The notes beneath the pieces were generated by a model, which saw only the letters and a list, made by a program, of their open reading frames with translations, was not told the origin of the DNA and did not search any database. A DNA stretch of 64,000 bases from Enoplolaimus lenunculus (taxonomy: Eukaryota). The position numbers and the translations under genes are program-made. Numbering within the stretch: the first letter of the stretch is position 1; each line of letters begins with the position of its first letter. Below are positions 51,201 through 64,000 of this stretch, piece after piece. The DNA lies in NCBI GenBank assembly GCA_030248215.1, contig JASANG010003582.1, forward strand, positions 186,001 through 250,000, read 5' to 3'.

Positions 51201-54200
51201 TTTTTAAGAAGAATGTGACCGGATGTCTGTTTCCAAAATTTGGTATATGCATACCGGATATCTCATTTCTACGACAAACAAACTAATTTTTAACGTTTGC
51301 ATCGATTTTAAATATTCCGTTTTCAATGTAATGAAGTAACAGGAAGCGACGTTTGACAATAAGCAATTATTTTCGATAACATGATGTATGTTAAAGATTA
51401 ATACTTCCAGTATTCTGGTTTTAACATTCAATGTTTTGGAAACAAAGCTTGTCTTGTAAACAACGAAATTTGCTTAATGGATTAAGAAACTCATGAAAAC
51501 TTCTATGTGTTATCCGTTCGATATCTGGCTCGGGTTCCCGTAGAAGGCTACTATTGGGTTTCGATTGCTGTATGCGGCATTTCGGCATCTGGGCGCAACT
51601 TGACGATGCGTTCCTCTCTTATTTTGTATATTTTCAGAACAATACTTCTGTTGTTGCTCCAATCATTGATGTTATAAACATGGACAGCTTTAAATATGTT
51701 GGTGCTAGTGCTGATCTCACAGGAGGTACGTCTGTTCGGTCACATTGAAGGAGCCGTAACTTCTACGGCTAACAGGTTGTGTTAGTTTGTGACTATTATT
51801 GGTGTTAACGAAGATTTGTTATTCAATATCGAAGACTGTATTAATTGCTGCACATAATAAATGAGTAAATCCAAAACCCGTATATAACACGACAATTATA
51901 ACGCGACATTTTTGGATTTTGAAAGTAAACCTATGCCAATTTATGCGGGATTGATTTGATTTTTTTATCAAATTTGTGTTTGCCTTTGTCTTACTTATTA
52001 AATAATAGCAAAAAATTGCTTTTTGCATACATTCATCGATAAGAAGAGATTGGTGTATGTTGTAAGAAGCAGGTCCTAGACCGATACGACGATATTAAGA
52101 AGTAAATTTTAGGTTTCGATTGGAACCTTGTTTTCAAATGGGATTATATGAGTCACGATATAATAAACGGGCGACACAAACATCCCACAACTGCTATTAA
52201 GTACGTTAAAATAGTTTTCATATTTTGCTGAATTTGATTGTTTCGGTCCTTTTTTCATTATTGGTGAGACACGTTTCTGCAATTAGCCTATAGTATTTGC
52301 CGGGATAAACAATTTGTATGCTATTGAAAACCATTTGCGGAGAATCACATTAGTATTTTTTCGTGATTTAAACAACGTCAGTAACAAAGTTCTAGCCGTT
52401 TCTTGCTTGGAATTTTTCTAATTTCTACTTATTTTACTAATCATTACAAGAATTTTGAACTGTGAAAGTTAATTTTATTTTTAGAACTCCTGCCATTGCC
52501 GGTGGATTGTTTATGATTGATAAGAAATGGTTTTCGAAGCTCGGCCAGTATGACATGGCCATGGATGTTTGGGGTGGGGAAAATTTAGGTGCGAGACGTA
52601 TAATTTTCGTATTGTTATAAGCTTTTGTCAGTTTTTGTTTTGATTCTTTTTCATCAGAAGTTTCAGTTTTAAGTAATAAGAAACTTAACTTGTTAGAGAA
52701 GTTTGTTTTCTTAATTGCAAGAAAAATAAAAACAGCAGTGCTTTTATCGATTGTCGCGCCAACTTGTATTCTGCAATTTTACACTAATCTTCATTTCAGT
52801 GTATTTTAGAAATTTCTTTTCGTGTTTGGCTGTGCGGCGGTACTCTGGAAATTATTCCATGCAGTAGAGTCGGACATGTATTTCGTAAGCAGCATCCATA
52901 CTCATTTCCAGGAGGCAGTGGTGTTGTATTTCAAAAGTTAGCTGCTTTTTTATTTTTAGCTTTTTGAAGTTTAGATGTGTGAAAATTATTTGAGAAAGTT
53001 GAAATATCGAAGAGGCGAAGTTTAGTCTGCTCAGCTTAACAGATTTCTCAGGTTGTTATGTTTGTTTGTTTAAGGTAAAAGGATGAATATAAAATCTGTC
53101 GATGAAATGTTAGGTTACACTCTGAAAGTTTCATGGTTTTGTTATTGCTTCTGCTGCAAACCTGACTATTCTTTCAATCGTTTATTTATAGAAATACACG
53201 TCGTGCTGCTGAAGTTTGGCTGGATGATTTTAAGCAATACTATTTCAAGGCTGTGCCTTCTGCGAAATATGCACCTTTTGGAGAGTATGTTGGTTTCCTA
53301 CTTTAGGCAGTTGTTTATGGCTTGAAAATATTATAATTTAATTCTTGTAATTAATCTTCTATTCTATGTCTGACTCAAGATTACTGTATAAGCCAAATAT
53401 CATCTATAAGCTTCTCTGGAACAGCATTGTTTGTGCAATTGGTTTGTCAAAATCTTTCTGTGACTGATTGTTCTAATAACTTCTATATTCATTTTACGTG
53501 TTAAATTTGTATATATGGTTCTTGTTAAAAAAATCCTAGCAAAAATAGCATTGAACCAGCACTAATTTCATAACCCATTATTAAATTCACGATTTGCTAA
53601 TATGAAACAGCATATAATTGTTTTACCGTTATAATTTTAATATTGAAGTAAATTAACTGGGAGTATGCTTCAGCATATCTGAAAGGCTAGCGCTCAAGAA
53701 AAAGCTCAACTGTAAGCCATTCGAATGGTATTTGACAAATGTTTATCCTCAGCTACAGTAAGTGTTTACTGCACTTGTTTGCATGCGTTAAAATTTATTT
53801 CAAAACCATGTATTGATTGTCCACTGTTATATTTTAGTGCATTTTAATAGGAATTAGGACTTGATTGAATCATCCTTGCGATCGGAACTGCGGTTGCGGT
53901 AGGAAATTCTTAATTTTCACCATCTGATACTGGTGTTCAATTTGCTATTCTTCACCGGAATTTGGTTTATGCATTTTCGAACAAACCAGCTTCGGCGTAG
54001 TGATGGAGAAATCGAAGAACTTCACAAAACTTTGTAAAAATAGCTGCTTAGTGCTTCAGTTAGGCTGTTGAATGCCGCATGATAACCAATTTAATTGTAA
54101 ATTCTGGAAAGGCGTATGGTTACAATGTTTTAAGTAACGCCGCGCTAAGAATCAATCTTTCGGCAACAGTTAACAATTCGGTTCCGGTACGAAACCTTGT

Positions 54201-57152
54201 ATTATTCTCGCTTTTTTGCGTTTTTTCGGCGTGATATCGGTATTTCTTCTTCTTCTTCTTCTCTGTTCCCCCATCGATTGAACGCAGTTGCGTCATATGC
54301 CGGCAGCCACAAGGCGGCCACTGTCACGCAGCATTTTCATCACTTGTCTCGGTCGTTTCCATAGGTCATCCATACTAGCATTTGATCCCAGGTGATCACG
54401 CCTGGCCCGTTCCATGGCAGGGCAGTCTATCATCAGATGGCTAACGTTGTCTGGCGATTCTCCGCACAAGTTGCATTGGTCGGTAACGCTTTTGCCGGTG
54501 CGTAGGCGGACGGTACCCAGGCTGTAACAGTGGCCATGGCAACGTAGCTGGTTCAAAATGGATCGGTCTCTTCTGCTCAGGGCCCTGTCCTCATGGGCTG
54601 CGGTGGGAATAGCGCCTCGAGGAAATTGGTTGTGTTGCACGTTGCTCAACCACTTCATCTTGGCCCGGCGCTTTATGACGGCCCTTGCGGTGTTGTAGTC
54701 GATTGGAATCTCTTCTTGCGGCATAAGGCTGGCTTCTCTGGCTAACCTGTCGGCTTCTTCGTTCTTGTCCACGTCGCTGTGCCCTGGGACCCAATGAAAC
54801 GTCAAGGATGCAAGCTTGGTAGAAAGATGCTTCACCAGCAACCAGATGTCACATTCCGCTTTTGTTCTGGCACACTCAGGGCCAGCTGCAAGACGTTCGA
54901 CTGCACTCTTCGAGTCTGTATGGAAGTGGACATTCTTCTAGACATTGATCCAGTTGGAGTTGAGCCATTCTAAACTCATCATCAGTGCCAGCATTTCCGA
55001 GCGGTAACTTGACGTGACGGCACCAGCTGGTTTACGTAGTTCGTGCCGTTGCTTGGAGTGTACTAATACTGTACGCAACACCAGTTGTGCTGGTATATTG
55101 TGATTTGTAAATTCAGAATTCCGTACAAAGAAGAAGGTGGTCGTACAATTGTCATTAAACAAGGCTTATATTGCGTGGATACATTGGGCGGTTCAGTAAA
55201 TGATCAAGCTGGTTTATTTGCGTGCCATTTTTCGGGTGGAAACCAAGTATGCTGCTGTTGTTTAGCCGCCTTAGCATAACGTTTAGTGTTGGCTAGTAGC
55301 AGTGTTCCAACAGGAACTACATTTTAGAAGAAGGAAAAACAGGAAAAGGAATAGCATATATAGCAGCACCCAATTACTACAACAGATTGGCTATAATGCA
55401 AACTGAAGTATATTGTTCGTCGACTATTTTCATCTTCATAGGCCAGGTTTTCAAATTCTACAATAACACGCGTCGAATACTTTAAAATATGACGAATGTA
55501 GAGACGAAACTTAACTTATCTAAAGGAGTTTAGTTTTCGCAAACTTTTTCAAACGTAAATTTTGATTATTAGGTTTATTTTCGTAATTATAACTTGCCAC
55601 AACATCGTAAAATTTCCGTTACCTGCGTCTTTGAACGCCGGAACAGAAATAGCAATTGAGTTCTTGCAGGAATTCTGGCCGGAACAGGAATTCCTGTGGA
55701 ATTCTAGGTAGTAATTGAAAACAACGCAGCATTCTAAAGTTCATTTGAAAAACGTTAAACTGCGACCGCGTTGCGTTTATCTGAAGGAGTCAACAAATTA
55801 TGATTTCTGAATATAAATCTACTTAACCATGTGTCCTGAAAATTTAAACCCTTATTAACAGCAGTTACACCCCGATTTGAAAGCAGTTGTGTTTGACCCG
55901 GAGTAAATTTTTACCAAATATATAGTTGTCAGAGCTATTGATTATACGATTTCGTTACAGGAATGGGTGTTCACTAAATTTTCTGGCCAACTAAAGCATG
56001 TCACTGGCGTTTGCTTAGGGATTAAAAGTCTAAATGATCCAATCGTTATACTTCAACAGTGCAATGCTGCTAGCTCATCTCAGGTATTGTAAGGTGGAGA
56101 GCTGATTATTGTATCACATGTGTGTTGTGAAGTGTTATTCGTTGTAAAACTATTTCGAATTTGCTTCCGATTGTGTAACTAAACTGAGTGTCAGTTTGTG
56201 CCGCCAACGTTATACATTTCCTACAGTTTTTTTCAGTAATGTATATACCTATTGCCGATATGGTAGGACAAGGCTCACCTATACAAAAGCATAATTGAAC
56301 ATCTTTGCCTAAGGTGAAGCCTTAACCTTAAAGGTGAAGAAAAAGTGCACAAGATCTTTCCGTTTTTGTTGCACTTTTATTTTACGTTAGTTTTATGGTT
56401 AAATACAAACCATTTAAGTCTGCAACTTTAAGCTAATCATAATTACCTTCGGTAGTCCCGTAGTCAACTTCATCGTCCAAATCAACAGTAACCGATGTTT
56501 GCGTTTGTTGCTTTAGTTTGTTGAGATGATTTCTTTGGTGTTCTAAGTTTTGAATCTGCATATCTAGTAATTTTTGTTGCTTTGAATAGTAGGCTGCCCT
56601 TTTTAATATTACGATCTGTTGGAGATACAAAATCATCTCCGGAACTTGCCATTATAATTACTTAAATTTAGTATTATAAATTTCCTGAAAAAACTTGTTA
56701 CTATGAACTGTAAATGCTGTCGGCAATCACAGTTCATAGAGAATAATCGTGCGATTGTTCAACATTTACGCTGAACCCAAGCCTAGCCTGTGGGGCAAGT
56801 GTACATGAGCAATCTATTTTTGTTCTCATTATTTTAGAAATGGCGGTTCGAATCGAATACCGGTGCGTTTGTTAACCCTTCAACTCGTTTGTGCCTATCG
56901 TCTGCTGCCGTTCAAGATTCGAATATTATAAAGAAAAGAATGTTGCAGCAACACAATCGCAGAAAGCTTCGTCGAAGTGCCGAACTTGAGTTTGATGAAT
57001 TACCTGCGATAAATGTTGGTGGTGATGGTAAAGCATCGGTTATACTCATTGGGCGGCATTGCCAAGCTGATAAAGGATTCACAGAAGACGGGTCGAAGCC
57101 AAGTAGCCAGGTGTGGGAGCTACATAATGTAACCCCTTCTGTTGAGTTGTGA
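48221..57152 (+). CDS. GALNT2: Polypeptide N-acetylgalactosaminyltransferase, GALNT2/14/16 (pgant2/gly-4) type, 16 exons, 615 aa
   Basis: Exons 48221-48358, 48804-48862, 49012-49155, 49370-49468, 49847-49914, 50720-50785, 50991-51112, 51638-51725, 52113-52200, 52485-52588, 52810-52936, 53192-53284, 53674-53757, 55117-55246, 55961-56083, 56838-57152 (1848 nt). N-terminal [20 protein letters not shown] (DxH), [41 protein letters not shown], ricin-B lectin CVDTLG...GGNQEW. Confidence 0.95.
50019..50417. mobile_element. hAT-like MITE (CAGGGTGCAACCGGA family), GALNT intron 5
   Basis: Collinear with 12409-12767; ends aattccgattgcaccctg. Confidence 0.75.
54244..55065 (-). mobile_element. 5'-truncated non-LTR retrotransposon (I-group-like; ORF2 C-terminus with RNase H + CCHC), GALNT intron 13
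   Basis: GC-rich island. ORFs 54938..55162 and 54293..54841 are in one frame separated by a single TAG. RNase H motifs [30 protein letters not shown]-x2-C-x8-H-x4-C; 3' tail (GAA)6 at 54244-54261. The 5' boundary is approximate. Confidence 0.9.
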
Positions 57153-58795
57153 ATGAACCAATTTTAGGTGTCTGCTATGATACCGTGGGACTAGCAATTG
57201 CCAACTTGCTCATCATATTCTGTTGACGTCTGTCTATTGCACTCTTATTTTGTGCAATGCTTATGCTTGTTTTTGCGAAATGCGATTATGTACTACTTAA
57301 AATGTGCACTTGTTTTACATGATATTTTAAAGCTGTTTCAGCTTCATTGCTGATAGCAGGGTTGAAACGAAATAACTTGCCACAAAACCGTAACAATTCC
57401 GGTTCCTGCATCGTTGAATGCAGAAACAAGAATATGAATGGAACATTTTGCTGAAATTCCGGCCAGAACAAGAATTCCGTTGAAATCTGTGAGTGATAGC
57501 AGAGGTACTTGTAGTTGCTTTCCCACAAATCTTGATGCTTAGCTGAAGCATAATCCTCAGCTTAAGTTATGTCGTCAAAATCGGAAAATGTCAAAACGTT
57601 AGGGGGAGGTATTCAAAAAACGAAAATGAACATAGTTTTAAGAAACATTAACGCTTCTCCGCGAATTGGAAATCATTAATAGTATAATGCTCTATTTCAG
57701 GGGGGCGCGATGCTTTTTTGATAACTTTAATGCTTTCCTTCTTTGTCTGGCGCCCACCGTACGGCATTGGTATGCGAATCCACCGCAAACCAATTTTAAA
57801 GTGAAAATTTTTAACTTGCTGCGGGTCGTATTTCAGCGCACGAAAATTAAAGCGCCAGCCTGACGGCAATACTGTGCGTGCGTATGTTCAGCTGCGCGTG
57901 GTTTTAGTTGCCATCTTTTAGAGATGCTTATTGGTTACCATTTGTAAAACTTGGTTTTTGTTTATCATGGGATACAATTTTATCAATATGTACGTAGTGG
58001 AGATGTCCCGAGGTCAACGCTTGATTTGCCGGAATCAGGTTTTAATACGAACTTTACATAACTCGATGCATGTTGAAGAGCTAAATAAGAACCTGGTGTT
58101 TCGTTCATGCAAAAGATTTATACGTAAAACGCGTACTTGTATTCATTTTAACGTTACAGTATTGGATATGGAAAACTATGGTTTAACTCAACATTCCTTA
58201 TTTCAACAAAAACATGTTTTTCTAGTAATAAACGGCTATTTTGATGAAACAAAATGGATTCCTAGAGAATGTCCACTGGCTCCGCGGTCTCGGCCCCGGG
58301 TCCGTAAACAATTCTATCAACGGGGCAACTGTATTACATATGTATAGGTCTATGAAAACTGCGTAAGTTTGTTGTTTAATTGCAATATATCTACGAGGTT
58401 ACAAATTAAGCTGATCGCCATATCAGAGCTTATACTTATTTTATATTACTGTGAAACAAGTATATCGATATTGCTATGTTAAAATTAATGAACGAGCAAA
58501 GTTAAAAATTCGCATGCCTCAAAAAGTGTATTACTTGTTGTCCAGGGTCAAGGATTTGCAAGCTAACTCCTAACGTGGCCATCACGGCTTTTCTCGGCAT
58601 TTCTTCCATAAGGCTAAGCAAAAGCGTAACGTTAAGTTGCGCCAAAATCTGAAAATTTCGAAATCTTTAGGGGAAAGTATGGGCAGCTGATGATCAGATC
58701 ACATCTTAATCTAGGAATACTGAACTGTGCGTATACTTCTTTTTTAGGCAACACAACAAAAATTCATCGTTCAACAGTTGTCATGTCTCTTGGAA

Positions 58796-59032
58796 TTAAG
58801 CCCTATTCACAAGTGCAAGTTTTTGATGCGAGAACTTGCAGCTGCAACACGCACTTTCATGTTTTGTCAAAAATCCCATTCGAAAAACTTGCAGCTGCAA
58901 AAAGTCATTAAAAATAGTTCGCATGTGTGAATAACCATGTAAATTCACTGAATTTATTGCAGCCGCTTTCTCAATGGCTCATGAAATGCAAGTTCTCGCT
59001 GCAAAACTTGCTCGTGTGAATTAGCGCTTTAA
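58796..59032. mobile_element. PIF/Harbinger-like MITE
   Basis: ~45-bp imperfect TIRs (gccctattcacaagtgcaagtttt..gcgagaacttgca / tgcaagttctcgc..aaaacttgctcgtgtgaattagcgct) with TAA/TTA-type flanks. Confidence 0.55.
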
Positions 59033-59467
59033 GCTATTGATTTCATAATGCTTAATGTGGCAAAATGTTTTAGTTGTTTAGTGATCAGGCAATACACAAT
59101 TAAAGTTTTTATTGCAACTTCACCGGTTACGCATATTCCAGTGCTTGAAGTCGCTTTTTCAGTATTTTTTGCTTATTTATATATGAATGATATTGACATT
59201 TATTTATGTTTATATTTAAATGAGCTGTCTATTTCGGTATACACGTCGTTATTGTATTTACTGGGTATTCTATATACTCGCTACGTATGCTGGTCCTACA
59301 TATATGGTGACTTTCCCTATCAAGCTTCACTGAGTAAATTTCAATTGTTCTGAACATATCAAATTATTGTTTTCACTTTGACGACATAATTTTGTAGTGT
59401 TATGCGCCGTTCACAATAATTTTAAAAATACCATACTCAAAATTTTCGCGTTCAAGCACAGCAGAGT

Positions 59468-59843
59468 TAGGTGATACTTGGAATTCCGGTTCCGGCGTCT
59501 TTTCACCTTCCGGTTCGGTAAATTTTTACCAGGAATTTAAAATTCCGATATTAAGATTTGGTCGGTGGTTAATTATGATATTTTACTAAAAAATGACGAT
59601 AAAAATTAAATAGGTTTCATTAGTATTGTATGTACACCTTGACAATCACCGAAACTAAACCATCGAAGGTAGATTTCCCATCCGAGAATTATGAAAATCT
59701 AAAATACAGCAGATAAAGTGATGTCTATGTCCATCTAAGATTATTTCACTACTAATATTGCAAAAAAAATTAAAATGAATTTTTCGGTGGCATATATTTT
59801 TCATTTTTCGGTTCCGGTATATTGTAATTCGAGTTGCACCCGG
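59468..59843. mobile_element. hAT-like MITE (CAGGGTGCAACCGGA family), inverted relative to 50019-50417
   Basis: Reverse-complement similarity along its length; the spurious ORFs 49872..50147 and 59655..59864 share [15 protein letters not shown]. Confidence 0.75.
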
Positions 59844-60710
59844 GCTGCACAATGTACATACCAACGTATATTTACCATAACTGTGAATCAGTCGTTTTAT
59901 TACTTTTAGTTATATTAAATTTCATTGGTGACGCTGGCTAGAATGAATATTTTTGCGTTTTTGTTTAGTCCAACAAATTTGCGGCCAAATTTTAGGAATT
60001 GGCTTGATATTAAGGGTTACGCTATATACTTGCCGCTTGTCATGTCAACAAAATAAATTTTATTAAACATGTGGTGGTGCTCGGTGCATCTAATACTGTA
60101 GCCAGAATCGGAGATTTAAGTTCTAATTTCAACAAAATTCAGTTAGCACTACTTCCTATTGCGTATTATAATTTTGTTTCATTTCCAACAAAATTGGCTG
60201 CTAAATAGTGTGATTTTGTTCAAGAGATATTATACGTTGAGCAATAAATATCTGACAATGTAGAATACCGTTGTCGGTAGCCGATTTTTTTGCCGGAGCC
60301 GGATAGCCGGAGGAACCGTAGTAGCTGTATTTTCAAAATAGCACATTTACTACAGGAAATCAACTTTATGTCTGTTCTTAGCATTTGGTGTACTGGAAGT
60401 GGCTCAATGAGTTTCCGACTTACTTATGATTGTTGAGTTTATATGCTAGTTTAGTCAATACTTGAGCTAATGCTAGTAATATATAAATGTAGTTATTTTG
60501 GTTGTTTATATAACTTTTTCATTGTTGTACTGTCGATAATTTGATTTTCTAAACAAATAGCTACAACTAGTTTGGTAGTACTAATATTGTAAGAAATTTT
60601 TCTGTATTTTTAAACCCAACATATCGAAATTTTTCAAATAAGCAACTTTTTCATCAACATCCAAGGCGGTCCACAATGGCATCGCCAGGGGATAGATGTA
60701 TCAGGTGTCA

Positions 60711-60804
60711 AAGGCTCCTACAGTTTAGGATTTTATATACTGTGGTTTTTAGATCCGAAGGCTCCTACAGGTTGGGATTTTGTATACTGTGGTATTTAGA
60801 TCCG
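60711..60804. repeat. 47-bp tandem duplication
   Basis: aaggctcctacag...tactgtgg...tttagatccg occurs twice with 4 mismatches. Confidence 0.85.
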
Positions 60805-62624
60805 AAATCTAGGTTGCATCCATGGGGGTCCATATTGCTTACATCGCTCTAACATTTATGTGACCCTTCCGTAAATACAATAATAACACTAACATTTTGT
60901 TATAGTGTGTCGGTTCGAAAATGTATTACCTTGAAATAATATGTCGACGCCGTTTCAGTGATAAACATTTTCAACACATTTTAATATTTAGAAGCTTTAA
61001 CACAAAGCGTAACGGAGTGATTTGGGATCAAACCGTTTTGTGATTTCTATCCATGTGTTTTTAGACACTTTTTCAGCGGGTAAAAACGCAAGAAAGTCTT
61101 AAATTTTGACATAAGGTGAATCCACAGTACAAAATGTTGACTACGCCTGTACTTTAATGCAAGATTACATTTCACGACCGTCAACATGATCCCCATTTGC
61201 CATGTTTTACCATATTGTTATATATTTTGAATGAAATGTTTATCGTTTTAATATTACCCCAGTGATTCATTTCAAACTGTTACATTTCTGTGTTATACTT
61301 TGTATGCAATAGCTTATATATACATTTATAATAAAAGGGAACCAGTGACTTCATTAGATGAGAGTGACCTAATTAGCGTTTATGATGGCACAAAAATTGT
61401 TTCTGTTGATTTTTTTAATTTATTGAGCAATGTAGGTGATTAAACACGGTGTGATTCATATATGACCCATGTTACGATAAATGCCGCTTCATAACAGGCA
61501 TTACGCTCAGCCCTGCGGTTAGCGGAAGACGCAATTGACGGCGATAAATCTACACTTGAGCACATCGTTCGAGATTTGTTATCAGCTACTAGTGTAGTGA
61601 AACGAGTTAGATTTAACTTAGGCAGACGTTTCACTTCTGGAAAAATAAGCGCTTCTTACGGCGGGGGTAGTGTAGCGCCAATTTATGAAACGTTTGGCTA
61701 CAACTCGAATTTGCATAATCCTAGCTTTTTAACTACTTTGAATGTTGTGCGCATTTTGGGTAGGTGTGAGACAGGCTATAATAACTGTGGTTCGGAGGAA
61801 AAAGGAGTTAGTAGTAGCATAGTTATGGCGTGATATTTTGGCTGGTTATTAAGGATTACATAAGTATGTTTGTGTTTAATATATGATGGCCTATTGAGGT
61901 GTATTTGCGTTATAAATAAAATGTAATATGTTTTCCGTCCTGTGGATTATTATCTCCGTTACCGCGTGTGGCATAAAAATTTCGATGCCCGCCATAAAAC
62001 AATATATAAGTGAAACTATTTGCCATTTAAATTAAATAGAATATAAAGCTAGTCTTTTTTTGGTTCAGACCGTAACAAAAACACGTATCCCAATGGATCA
62101 TCGCTTCCTTCTCACATAGCAACTTTACCACAAAACGGTTATAATCCAAAAAGTGAAATGTTGATGTTCTGCCAGTTAAGCCTCGAGCCAATGACCAACA
62201 TTTGACATCCAACCCAAACAGTGCTTCTTGTACGGTTGTATAGCAATGCTAACGTCCGTTTTTGCAGAAATTGTTAATTTTCCAACATTGCCGTTGTATT
62301 AGCTAAATCCTATAAACGTCGGCTGGGATGGCACGTGTTCGATTTGTTCTTTGCGAACTGAAACATACATGATCGGTCACAAATTCAAATCATAACCTTA
62401 AATTAACACACATAACGGAGGGTAACTATATATGAACTGAACGAATTTACAATTTTCGAGTGTATTTGAATTTATAGCAATCAAAATCTTAGATCGGCCG
62501 ACCGTAAAGCAGCTGCTTTAGAATTGGCAATGCGGTTCGAAATTGTTTTTCACCCGTCACTGATGCTTATCTATAAAATTCCTGAGCCCTGCTAGATGAA
62601 AAACCATCATTTATATCTAACAGG

Positions 62625-62984
62625 CAGGGTACAACCGGAAGTATGCCTCCGGTTCCGGCACAAAAGCGGCCTCCGACTCCGGCTCCGACTTCGTTAGAAT
62701 TTTTACCGGAGGTTCCGGCAATTTCGGTAGTAAAATTTTGCATAATTTTGCAAAATATATCTGTTTAGCGCGTTTCGATTTATTTTAGTCACGGTTTTCA
62801 GGAAACAATTTCCGAAGTTACGCAGAAAATTAGCGGAAAACCAGACAACTTAACAACATATTGCAGATACATTTAGGCTAAAATGAACTAATTAACCATC
62901 ATTTTTACTACCTAATTTCACCTCACCTCCGGCAAGTTTCCTTGACCTCCGGCTCCGGCATTTTGCACCTCCTGTTGCACACTC
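62625..62984. mobile_element. hAT-like MITE (CAGGGTGCAACCGGAGG subfamily)
   Basis: TIRs cagggtacaaccgga / tcctgttgcacactc; degenerate TSD ctaacagg/ccaacaag; related copies at 16457-16680, 17207-17700 and 26816-27049. Confidence 0.75.
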
Positions 62985-63041
62985 CCAACAAGAATAACCA
63001 TTATATATACATATGTGTAGAAAATTAACCTTACGATTTGA

Positions 63042-63256
63042 GGCCCATGTATAGAACAGGGCCAGAACAGTAGTATATGCATATTCCTAAACCTACGCCT
63101 AAGCCTAAGCATAAGCCTAAGCGTATGGATGAGCCTATTCCTAAGCCTAAAGCATAAGCCTAAGCCTAAGCCTAAGCAAAAAAATAGTCTAAAGTTTAAA
63201 CTGACTCTATTATAGCCCCTCCGGAAAACGGCCCGGCCCTGTTCTATACATGGACC
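63042..63256. mobile_element. MITE carrying (GCCTAA)n = TTAGGC telomere-like repeats
   Basis: 22-bp TIRs ggcccatgtatagaacagggcc / ggccctgttctatacatggacc; degenerate 8-bp TSD cgatttga/cgaattgg; internal GCCTAA/GCATAA array at ~63085-63177. Confidence 0.8.
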
Positions 63257-64000
63257 CGAATTGGGAATCTGCTTATGTGTGAATATTTAAATGTTAAAAA
63301 ATAATACTAGTTGCGCTAGTGTATCGCCTGCCCAAATTAATTAACTACTTTTAATAAAATCGGTTAGGTACAATTTGAGATTCACGTACCCACAAAAAAG
63401 AGAACTGCCCAGTAAAGTGACCAAATATATCCAGCAATAATAACGGAAGAAATTAATTGAAGAAAACCAGCTAAAATATTATAACCGAATCCTTTCCACT
63501 TTGATTCGTATTCTGTACTGCCACAACAAAACACAGTGAAAGCCGACAAAAAAGTTCCTGAAAATAGTGAAAAATAAAAGTTTTTAGCGCAATTCTTCGC
63601 GTTCAGTTTCCATGCTTCGAGTTAGATGAGAATATATGTGTATGTATGTTGCTGCGCCACTCCCAAATCATATTTCAAGCTAGAAACTAAAACACAAAAC
63701 TAAATTTATACCTCAAGCCACACCTTAACGGAGGCTTGGGCATCAACTAGTCTCTCTTAGAACTTAAGTTAGGTTTGGGCATTGCTAAACGACGTAAAGA
63801 TCCCAAAACTGTATGCTATTGAGGCTGTGCCGTAATGTTAAGTCTAGGATAGTCCCGCGCGGTCATTTTAAATAATGTTTTTGTAAATTGGATAGCTTTT
63901 TCTGCGAAAGGACATAGCTTAAGTCCAAAGGCTCACAAAACCAAAGGTTTTACGCTATTCAGCCAAATACGGGGGCTGGGATAGCCAGCCTCCATATTCA

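Overview
AT-rich, intron-rich eukaryotic (invertebrate metazoan) genomic DNA, not prokaryotic; most entries in the ORF track are spurious. Four spliced genes were reconstructed by hand with consistent intron phases: MEMO1 (+, 9 exons, 317 aa, one GC-AG intron), YIPF4 (+, 6 exons, 314 aa), a ceramide synthase of the LAG1/CerS family (-, at least 9 exons, no homeodomain, terminal exon unresolved) and a GALNT2/14/16-type polypeptide GalNAc transferase (+, 16 exons, 615 aa) divergent from CerS. Introns and intergenic DNA are packed with non-autonomous DNA transposons (hAT-like MITEs with 8-bp TSDs, Helentron/DINE-1-like elements, TA-flanked, CACTG and Harbinger-like MITEs, one family carrying TTAGGC repeats), tandem units containing a tRNA-like sequence, a 5'-truncated RNase H-bearing LINE and a decayed stand-alone ORF1p-like sequence. 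Most notable: a 1.8-kb 18-bp minisatellite directly behind a good phase-compatible splice acceptor, which could give CerS a ~360-aa (VGFTPT)n tail; a perfect 175-bp inverted repeat next to it; MEMO1-YIPF4-GALNT linkage echoing human 2p23.1-p22.3; and a polybasic insertion in the GALNT lectin domain. TTAGGC repeats and the Hox-less CerS hint at a nematode host but do not prove it. All assignments are by eye and from recalled family motifs; no searches were run.
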